DNA of 64,000 bases from an uncultured Candidatus Saccharibacteria bacterium (lineage in GTDB: Bacteria; Patescibacteriota; Minisyncoccia; Minisyncoccales; CAZUZH01), in assembly GCA_964624815.1 (NCBI GenBank), contig CAZUZH010000001.1, forward strand, positions 1,090 to 65,089, in the 5' to 3' direction. The position numbers and the translations under genes were made by a program. This document shows, one piece after another, positions 57,126 to 64,000 of this stretch. The notes under the pieces were generated by a model. That model did not search any database. It was not told the DNA's origin and saw nothing but the letters and a program-made list of their open reading frames with translations. Positions within the stretch are counted from its first letter, which is position 1; every line of letters starts with the position of its first letter.

Positions 57126-57677
57126 ATGAACAAAATAATACACTTTATCTGGGAATTAGTCAAAATTATTGTAATTACCCTTGTGATTGTTTTGCCAATC
57201 CGCTATTTTTTATTTCAGCCATTTATTGTACGGGGTCAGTCAATGGAGCCCACCTTTCAAAACAGTGATTATTTAATCATTGACGAAATATCTTATCGGT
57301 TCCAAGATCCCCAAAGAGGAGAGGTGGTGGTTTTCAAGTCTTTAAACAATTCTTATTATTTAATTAAAAGAGTTGTTGCTCTTCCAGGTGAAACAATAGA
57401 AATAAAAGATGGTCAGGTAATAGTCTATAATCATGATAACTTCCATGGTAAAATTTTAGATGAAAAAGATTATCTTTCTTCTGATTTTATTGAAACGCCT
57501 GGAAATATAAAAATAGCCTTGTCTCAAGACGAATATTTTGTTTTAGGGGATAATCGTTCAGCATCATATGATTCCAGGCGCTGGGGTCCGCTTCAGAAAG
57601 AAAATATAATCGGTAAAGTTTTTATAAGAGCCTGGCCTCTAAACACATTAGCCAAATTTCAATTGCCGATTTATTAA
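57126..57677 (+). CDS. lepB: Signal peptidase I
   Basis: GQSMEPT, IKRVV.LPGE, GDNR..SYDSR.WG; start moved outside the element. Confidence 0.95.
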   Translation: MNKIIHFIWELVKIIVITLVIVLPIRYFLFQPFIVRGQSMEPTFQNSDYLIIDEISYRFQDPQRGEVVVFKSLNNSYYLIKRVVALPGETIEIKDGQVIVYNHDNFHGKILDEKDYLSSDFIETPGNIKIALSQDEYFVLGDNRSASYDSRRWGPLQKENIIGKVFIRAWPLNTLAKFQLPIY

Positions 57678-57695
57678 GAAATAAAGCAACAAAAT

Positions 57696-59012
57696 ATGAG
57701 AAAACCAAAATTTCAAGCACCAACAGGTATGCATGATATTTTGCCGAAAGACCAGAAATACTTTAAAAAGATTTATAATGTCGTTGACAAGATAGTTGCT
57801 TTTTATGGTTTTGAGAAAATTGACACGCCGACTTTGGAGCAGGCGGAACTTTTTTCAAAAGGAATTGGACTGACAACAGAGATAATTGAAAAGCAGATGT
57901 ATGTTCTTCGCACAAAGGGCAAAGATCTTTTGGCTTTGCGTCCGGAAGGAACTGCTTCTGTTATCCGCGCCTATATTGAGCAAGGCATGGCAAGCCTTCC
58001 GTCGCCCATAAAGCTTTGGTATTTCGGACCATTTTTTAGATACGAGAGGCCGCAGGCCGGACGGTATCGTCAGTTTCATCAATTCGGTTTAGAAATTTTG
58101 GGAGAGAAAAGTTCAGCAGCTGATGCTCAGCTTATTCAGATTTTCTTCAATATTTTAAAAGAGCTAAAGATTAAAAATTTATTAGTTGAGATAAACAGCA
58201 TTGGAGATTCTCAATGCAGGCCATATTATAAAAAACTTTTAGTGAGCTATTTCCGCTCTCGTCAACAATCTTTATGTGCTGACTGCCGAAGAAGAATTCG
58301 GGAAAATCCCTTCAGAATCTTGGATTGCAAGGAAGAAAAGTGCCGGAGAATCAAAGCTCAAGCGCCTCAGATTATTGACCATCTTTGTCAGGAGTGTAAT
58401 ACACATTTTAGAGAGGTTTTGGAATTTTTGGATGAGCTGGAAATACCCTACAATCTTAATCCTTATTTGGTTCGCGGTCTTGATTATTATACTAAAACAG
58501 TTTTTGAAATAAGCAGTAGAGCTGAAGATACTTTTCTTTCTAATAATAAAGATTATAATGAGAAAAAAAATCTCGGAGCATTGGTAGGGGGAGGCAGATA
58601 TGATGCATTAATAAAGACTTTGGGCGGGAAGGAAGCTCCAGCTTGCGGCGGAGCTGCAGGCATAGAGAGAATTATAGAATTAATGAAAGAGAAAGACAGT
58701 AAAAAAGAAAAAGACGCAGCAATTGCTAAAATTTACTTAGCTCAGCTTGGTGGTTTGGCAAAAAGAAAAAGTTTAAAGCTTTTTGAAGAATTCCGCAAAA
58801 ATAAGATAAGAGTGGCTGAATCTTTTGGAAGGGATTCCTTAAAGGCCCAGTTAAAGACAGCTGATAAACTGGGAGTAAAATATACTTTGATTCTTGGACA
58901 GAAAGAGGCTATAGAAAGAACGATTATTGTCAGAAGAATGGATACAGGGAAACAGGAAATAGTGAAATTGGATAAAATTGTGGAGGTAATGAAGAGAAAG
59001 CTGAGAAAATGA
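57696..59012 (+). CDS. hisS: Histidine--tRNA ligase
   Basis: LRPEGTA, FRYERPQAGRYRQF, LVRGLDYY, GGGRYD. Confidence 0.97.
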   Translation: MRKPKFQAPTGMHDILPKDQKYFKKIYNVVDKIVAFYGFEKIDTPTLEQAELFSKGIGLTTEIIEKQMYVLRTKGKDLLALRPEGTASVIRAYIEQGMASLPSPIKLWYFGPFFRYERPQAGRYRQFHQFGLEILGEKSSAADAQLIQIFFNILKELKIKNLLVEINSIGDSQCRPYYKKLLVSYFRSRQQSLCADCRRRIRENPFRILDCKEEKCRRIKAQAPQIIDHLCQECNTHFREVLEFLDELEIPYNLNPYLVRGLDYYTKTVFEISSRAEDTFLSNNKDYNEKKNLGALVGGGRYDALIKTLGGKEAPACGGAAGIERIIELMKEKDSKKEKDAAIAKIYLAQLGGLAKRKSLKLFEEFRKNKIRVAESFGRDSLKAQLKTADKLGVKYTLILGQKEAIERTIIVRRMDTGKQEIVKLDKIVEVMKRKLRK

Positions 59013-59192
59013 CCAATTAACCTAATTATTCTAATTAGTATAATTTCACCCCGTTAGAAAATCAAAGATTTCTAACGGGGCAAGAATCCCAATGACGAAA
59101 TGTCTAATGTCTAAATAGTTTTGGTCATTGTGTATTGGGATTTTGGCATTGATTAGGTCAATTAGATTAATTAGAATAATTAGAAATTTTCA
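59013..59192. repeat. Heptamer-type foldback with a nested CCCCGTTAGA..TCTAACGGGG element (59049-59080)
   Basis: CCTAATT/CCCAATG units opposed by ATTGGGA/ATTAG units. Confidence 0.75.
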
Positions 59193-59194
59193 TT

Positions 59195-59530
59195 ATGCCT
59201 TGTCTGTTCTGTAAAATAATTAATAAACAAATACCGTCAGATATTGTTTATGAAGATGACAGTTTTATTGCTTTTAAAGATATTAAGCCTAAGGCTTCTT
59301 TGCACATTTTAATTGTTCCAAAAAAGCATATTACATCGGTGGCTCATTTAGATTCCAAAGACAGAGAATTAATCGGAGGATTGATTTTAACAGCTAAAAA
59401 TATTGCGCAAGATCAGGGAGTTTCAGAAAAAGGATATAGGCTTATTTTTAATGTTGGCAGAGGAGGAGGACAGATGGTTGATCATATTCATTTACATTTA
59501 CTTAGCGGTAAAGAAAGCGTGACTATCTAG
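59195..59530 (+). CDS. HIT family nucleotide-binding protein
   Basis: CLFC and HIHLH motifs. Confidence 0.95.
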   Translation: MPCLFCKIINKQIPSDIVYEDDSFIAFKDIKPKASLHILIVPKKHITSVAHLDSKDRELIGGLILTAKNIAQDQGVSEKGYRLIFNVGRGGGQMVDHIHLHLLSGKESVTI

Positions 59531-59550
59531 TTTTTTAGACACTTAACCCC

Positions 59551-59684
59551 AATTTTCAATTTTCAATTTTCAATTTTCATTGAATGACTCAATTTTCAAT
59601 TTTCAAACCCTTGTTTATAAATAAAAGTTTGAAAATTGTATCATTGAAAATTTATTGTAAATTGAGCCTTGAAAATTAAAAATT
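59551..59684. repeat. AATTTTC heptamer array with an inverted GAAAATT array
   Basis: Tandem AATTTTC units followed by TTGAAAA units. Confidence 0.8.
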
Positions 59685-59691
59685 TATTAAC

Positions 59692-59910
59692 TTGCCTATT
59701 GAAGTAAAAAAACAAGAAAGAGAAAATTCTCAAAATGTTATTCGCCGCTTTTCTAGGGCAGTTCGCCAGAGCGGGGTTTTAAGACGAGCCAGAGATAATC
59801 GATTTAGAAAGAGACCTAAGTCTGCTTTAGCCAAAAAGAAAGCTGCCATAAGAAAAGACAAAAGAAAAAAAGAGTACCAAAAGAGACAAAAGATGGAAAA
59901 AAGTCAATAA
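59692..59910 (+). CDS. rpsU: 30S ribosomal protein S21
   Basis: IEVKKQERE...IRRFSR.V..SG; HIT-rpsU-yqeY context. Confidence 0.8.
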   Translation: MPIEVKKQERENSQNVIRRFSRAVRQSGVLRRARDNRFRKRPKSALAKKKAAIRKDKRKKEYQKRQKMEKSQ

Positions 59911-59935
59911 AAGCTAATTATTTCGCAACCAAAAC

Positions 59936-60430
59936 GTGTTAAAAACAAGAATACAAAAAGACCTTAATTTTGCCATAAAGGAGAAAAGAGAATTAGAGAG
60001 GACAACTTTGCGCATGCTTAATGCAGCGATTTTGAATAAAGAAAAGGAAAAAAGGGCAAAATTAAGTAAAGAGGAAGAGGATTTGAAAGAGCAAGAATTA
60101 ATTGAAAAAAGCCAGCTTGATGATGAAGAAACAATGGAAATTATTTCCTCAGAAGCTAAAAAAAGAAAAGAGGCGATTTTAGCTTTTGAAAAAGGTGAGA
60201 GAACAGAATTAGCAGAGAAAGAGAAAAAAGAATTAGAAATTCTTCAGAAATATCTACCTGAGCAGATGCCGGAACAGGAAATAAAAAAATTATCCCAGGA
60301 GGCTATCAACAAAGTAGGCGCTTCCGAGTCCAAAGACACAGGTAAAGTAATGGCAGAACTAATGCCCAAAGTTAAAGGCAAAGCCGATGGAAAAATAGTA
60401 AGCCAAATCGTTAGAGAATTATTATCATAA
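59936..60430 (+). CDS. yqeY: GatB/YqeY domain protein
   Basis: KKRKEA..F, YLPEQM, GKVM, GKADG. Confidence 0.93.
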   Translation: MLKTRIQKDLNFAIKEKRELERTTLRMLNAAILNKEKEKRAKLSKEEEDLKEQELIEKSQLDDEETMEIISSEAKKRKEAILAFEKGERTELAEKEKKELEILQKYLPEQMPEQEIKKLSQEAINKVGASESKDTGKVMAELMPKVKGKADGKIVSQIVRELLS

Positions 60431-60481
60431 AATCTTGGCAGAAAAAGAATCAACAATTAAAATTTTAGAAAAAATACTAAA

Positions 60482-60703
60482 ATGAAACTTAATAAAAAAT
60501 ATATTTGGGATTATAACCTGCCTAAAAATTGGAGGCCTAAAACCGAAGGGCAATGGCTTTGGTTTTTAGAAAGAAAAATAAATTATAATGATTGGAGAGG
60601 ATTAAAGAAAGAAATAATAAAGAAATATTTCAGAAAACTAAAAAGAAGATTAGACCCGGGTAAAAAAATAATGTTGGAGTTATATTTCAAAAAATATGGC
60701 TGA
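60482..60703 (+). CDS. Small basic partner protein of the nucleotidyltransferase (putative antitoxin)
   Basis: YIWDY..LERKINY; overlaps the downstream gene. Confidence 0.65.
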   Translation: MKLNKKYIWDYNLPKNWRPKTEGQWLWFLERKINYNDWRGLKKEIIKKYFRKLKRRLDPGKKIMLELYFKKYG

Positions 60704-61370
60704 AATTACTCCTATTCAAAAAAAGGTTTTGGATTTATTTTCTAAATCCCGCCTTAAAAATAAATTTTATTGGACCGGAGGTACTTTGCTTTCTGCTTTG
60801 TATTTGCATCATCGCAAATCAAAAGACATTGATTTTTTCAGCGATAAGCCATTTAGTTACAATCAAATAATTGGTGTTGTTCGAAAATTCAAGAAACAAC
60901 TTAAATTAACTAAAATAGAAGAAGAAAAAGTTTTTGACCGTTGGGAGTTTTTCCTTCACAACAAAGAAAAATTGAGAATTGAGTTCGTTTTTTATGAACA
61001 TCCCAAAATTAAGCCCCGAAAAAAATGGCAGGGAATTTCTATAGATTCTTTAGAAGATATTGCTGTTAATAAAGTAATAGCTCTTTTTGATAGAAACGAT
61101 CCAAAAGATTTAGTTGATTTATATTTTTTATTATTTAAAAAGAGGTATAAAATTAAACAACTTTTGGGATTAGTTGAAAGAAAATTTGGAGTAAAATTGG
61201 AAGAGGGAACTTTTTGGAGCGAAAGCTGTAAGTCCCTTAAAGATTTAGACGAAGTTGCCCCTGTTTTGCTGGCAAAAAATTTGAGAGAAAAGAAAAAAAT
61301 CATCAATGAAATAAAGAATTACTTTTCTTCCCAATCAGTTAATTACTTAAACAAACGATTAAAAGAATAA
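60696..61370 (+). CDS. AbiEii/AbiGii (DUF1814-like) nucleotidyltransferase toxin family protein
   Basis: TGGTLLS..YLHHR.SKDIDF and K..AL.DR..PKD.VDL motifs. Confidence 0.85.
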   Translation: MAEITPIQKKVLDLFSKSRLKNKFYWTGGTLLSALYLHHRKSKDIDFFSDKPFSYNQIIGVVRKFKKQLKLTKIEEEKVFDRWEFFLHNKEKLRIEFVFYEHPKIKPRKKWQGISIDSLEDIAVNKVIALFDRNDPKDLVDLYFLLFKKRYKIKQLLGLVERKFGVKLEEGTFWSESCKSLKDLDEVAPVLLAKNLREKKKIINEIKNYFSSQSVNYLNKRLKE

Positions 61371-61465
61371 TTATCTAAAACTTTGGAACACTAATAGTCG
61401 GTTAGATAGTAAACATCCAATGGATTAAAGGTTGAAGGGATATAAATTAATAAAAGTTAAAATTT

Positions 61466-61918
61466 ATGATTAATCAAGCTTTTTCTAAAATTGGTATTCT
61501 AATTATTGTTATTATTCTCATTGGCGGAGTATTTTTAGCTTGGCAGTATTCTTGGCAGTATTTAGGAGGACAGAAAGGGGGAATAAAACTTTCAGAAGGA
61601 GAAGAAATTTTTCCCTCAGAAGGTGATGAGGTTGTAAGTATAGGAATGTTTCCTAACATTGATAGTTTTGATTTAATAAATAAAACATTTGAGGGGCTCA
61701 CTCAAACCGAAGGGAAGAAGATAAAAGTAATAACTAGTGATTCTACAAAGTTTTATAGCACGGCAGAACCAGACTGGGAAAAAGAGCATTTCACCTTTTC
61801 TGAATTTCACTCATTACTTAAAAATTGGGATGGCCCACCTTGGCCCTTTACGGTAAAGGGAATTTTTGAAGAGGAAAGCGTGATAAAAGCCGAAAAGATA
61901 TTTTATATTATACAATAA
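61466..61918 (+). CDS. Membrane-anchored hypothetical protein
   Basis: Pilin-like N-terminal hydrophobic segment. Confidence 0.65.
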   Translation: MINQAFSKIGILIIVIILIGGVFLAWQYSWQYLGGQKGGIKLSEGEEIFPSEGDEVVSIGMFPNIDSFDLINKTFEGLTQTEGKKIKVITSDSTKFYSTAEPDWEKEHFTFSEFHSLLKNWDGPPWPFTVKGIFEEESVIKAEKIFYIIQ

Positions 61919-62042
61919 AAATAATTTGTAGTTTCTATTTCTTCGCTGTTTGTCAAGAGTAGAGTTTAACTGCATAAATTGCAGTTTCTCCTCACGCCCG
62001 CCTGCAGCCGGGCGGGAGGAGGTAAACTCTTTTCTTATACTT

Positions 62043-62486
62043 ATGATTGAAATTAATAACCTAACAACTGTAGAAATTGATGAGAAAAAAATAAAAGTTA
62101 TTATTGAGAATATTTTAGAAAAAGAAAAAAAACGAGGTGATGTTTCTCTTGCTTTTGTTGGACAAGGACGAATAAGAGTGTTAAACAAAAAGTATAGGGG
62201 AAAAAATCGAGTCACTGATATTTTAGCTTTTTCTGAATCAAAAGTATCTTTTGAAAAATTTAGAGTTGGTCCAACAAAAAAATTTCCAGGTTTGGGGGAA
62301 TTAGTTATTTGTCTGCGGGAAGTTAAAAAGAATGCCAAGAAATATAATTCAAGTTTTGAAAAAGAATTAGCCCGGATTTTAATTCACGGAGTTCTCCATC
62401 TTTTGGGATACGAGCATGAGGGAGACAGGGAGGCGGAAAAGGAAATGGAGGAGAAACAAGAATATTATCTTTCGCAAGTAATATAA
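62043..62486 (+). CDS. ybeY: rRNA maturation RNase YbeY
   Basis: LNKKYRGK..TDILAF, HGVLHLLGYEH. Confidence 0.95.
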   Translation: MIEINNLTTVEIDEKKIKVIIENILEKEKKRGDVSLAFVGQGRIRVLNKKYRGKNRVTDILAFSESKVSFEKFRVGPTKKFPGLGELVICLREVKKNAKKYNSSFEKELARILIHGVLHLLGYEHEGDREAEKEMEEKQEYYLSQVI

Positions 62487-62487
62487 T

Positions 62488-62608
62488 AAAGTTAAAAGTC
62501 TAAAGTCCAAAGTTAAAAGTCGCAGTATTAAATATAAAGTATTTTATTTCATATTTTACTTTTAACTTTATACTGGTATTTTTAATTTTTGACTTTTAAT
62601 TTTTAATT
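62488..62608. repeat. AAAAGTT/AACTTTT-type heptamer foldback
   Basis: AAAGTTAAAAGTCTAAAGTCCAAAGTTAAAAGT opposed by TTTTAACTTT..TTTTGACTTTTAA. Confidence 0.7.
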
Positions 62609-62621
62609 AAGCAAAGCGCTT

Positions 62622-63848
62622 ATGTCAAAACCATCAATCATTGCAGGTTTAGACGTAGGGACAGAGAGTATAAAACTGTTGGTTGTCAAAAATACAAAAG
62701 GAGAGCAAGTCTCCGAGGTTTTAATTCAACTTATTGAACCTTCTTTTGGGGTTAGAAAGGGGGTAGTTGTTGATGTTGATGCGGTTTCAAAAATCATTTA
62801 TTCAACACTTGCCAAGGCTCAAGCTTTCACCAATCAGAAAATTAATAATATTTTTGTTAATGTGGGCGGCGCCCATATTTTTATTACTGATTCTCATGGA
62901 GCTGTCGCTGTTTCCAGGGCTGACCAGAGAATTTCCCAAGAGGATATTGATAGAGTGATTCAAGCTGCCCAGACAATTTCTTTACCGTCCAACAAAGAAA
63001 TTCTAGATATTTTTCCACAGGAATTTATTATTGATGGAGAGAAAGGAATTAAAGAGCCATTGGACATGACAGGCATTAGACTTGAGGCAAGGATTCTGGC
63101 AGTCTGCGGGTTCTCTCCTTATATGCGGAATTTGACCAGAGCTGTTTTAGATTCTGGTGTTACAATAGGGGAAATAATGCCATCAGTTTTAGCTTCTGCC
63201 ATGGCTGTTTTAACGCCTAGGCAAAAAGAGTTGGGAGTGGCGATTTTGGACATTGGCGCCGGCACGTCAGACTTAGCTGTTTTTGAAGAAGGAAATTTAG
63301 TTCATGCAGCCGTTTTCCCATTCGGCTCAGGACATATTACTAATGACATTGCAATTGGTCTTCGGACCGATGTTGATACGGCCGAGAATATAAAGAGGGA
63401 ATTCGGAACTTGTATTTTTAATAAAAATTCAAAGAAGAATATCAATTTTAACGTAAGTAGTATTTTGGAAAGCGAGGAGGAGCGTTCTATGGTTTTCTCA
63501 CATAAAAAACTTAATAATATTATTGAAGCCAGGGTTTCTGAAATTTTTGATGAGACCAATAAAGAATTAAAAAAGATTTCCAGAGCAGGTCTTCTTCCGG
63601 CTGGAGTGGTTTTGACGGGTGGAGGAGTAAAACTTTCAAAGATGGTTGAATTAGCCAAAGCCGAACTAAAGCTTCCGTGTAGAATAGGTGTACCTCAGAA
63701 TTTAGAGGGATTGAAAGAGGACCCGTGTTTTGCTGCTGTTTCCGGCCTTGTTTTTCAGGGCAGGGACTTGACAGAAGCGCATGGAGGGTTTTCTCAAAGA
63801 GGAATACTTAACTGGGCAAGGAGGATGTTCAGGATATTTATACCATGA
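62622..63848 (+). CDS. ftsA: Cell division protein FtsA
   Basis: GLDVGT, GVRKGVV, LDIGAGT, HITNDI, VLTGGG. Confidence 0.96.
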   Translation: MSKPSIIAGLDVGTESIKLLVVKNTKGEQVSEVLIQLIEPSFGVRKGVVVDVDAVSKIIYSTLAKAQAFTNQKINNIFVNVGGAHIFITDSHGAVAVSRADQRISQEDIDRVIQAAQTISLPSNKEILDIFPQEFIIDGEKGIKEPLDMTGIRLEARILAVCGFSPYMRNLTRAVLDSGVTIGEIMPSVLASAMAVLTPRQKELGVAILDIGAGTSDLAVFEEGNLVHAAVFPFGSGHITNDIAIGLRTDVDTAENIKREFGTCIFNKNSKKNINFNVSSILESEEERSMVFSHKKLNNIIEARVSEIFDETNKELKKISRAGLLPAGVVLTGGGVKLSKMVELAKAELKLPCRIGVPQNLEGLKEDPCFAAVSGLVFQGRDLTEAHGGFSQRGILNWARRMFRIFIP

Positions 63849-64000
63849 AAAACGCAACCAAGATTAAGGTAGTGGGGGTTGGGGGTTCAGGATCAAACGC
63901 TGTTTCCAGAATGATGAGCTGCAATATTAAAGGCGTGGAACTGGTGGCAGTAAATACTGATGTTCAGGATCTTCAGAAAACCAGAGCTCATCGCAAGATA
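63845..64000 (+). CDS. ftsZ: Cell division protein FtsZ (5' part, runs off the window)
   Basis: [16 protein letters not shown]...AVNTD. Confidence 0.93.
   Translation, partial: MKNATKIKVVGVGGSGSNAVSRMMSCNIKGVELVAVNTDVQDLQKTRAHRKI

Noticed and set aside
56702-57163. Short ORFs of 68-88 aa and a lepB N-terminal extension
   Set aside because: They arise from GC-rich palindromic sequence and have no protein motifs
61950-62042. YbeY N-terminal extension
   Set aside because: It spans a GC hairpin; the family-like sequence starts at ATG 62043

Overview
AT-rich bacterial chromosome segment translated with genetic code 11. Gene content (archaeal/eukaryote-type GlyRS, type-2 IleRS, sparse metabolism, AT-rich leaders without SD, tRNAs without encoded CCA) suggests a Patescibacteria/CPR (Parcubacteria-like) genome; this is an inference. 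It is mostly housekeeping: cca, argS, ileS, glyQS, metG, leuS, hisS, smpB-tmRNA-infC-rpmI-rplT, polX, recO, tatD, topA, dprA, pth, lepB, rpsU, ybeY, ftsA/ftsZ and 4 tRNAs. The unusual content is non-coding. (1) A ~270-bp Y-shaped palindromic element with tRNA-3'-end-like terminal inverted repeats occurs at 203-476, and again at 56572-57116 with a related element nested inside. (2) A CCCCGTTAGA...TCTAACGGGG mini-element with 4-bp target duplications occurs 6 times: 3 in-frame in proteins, 1 frameshifting a gene, 2 intergenic. (3) Heptamer-repeat modules and GC hairpins are inserted in-frame in many conserved enzymes. (4) Three promoter+terminator-bounded putative sRNAs carry C-rich, anti-SD-like loops, while strong SD motifs are largely restricted to accessory ORFs. 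No transposase, integrase or CRISPR array is visible in the window.
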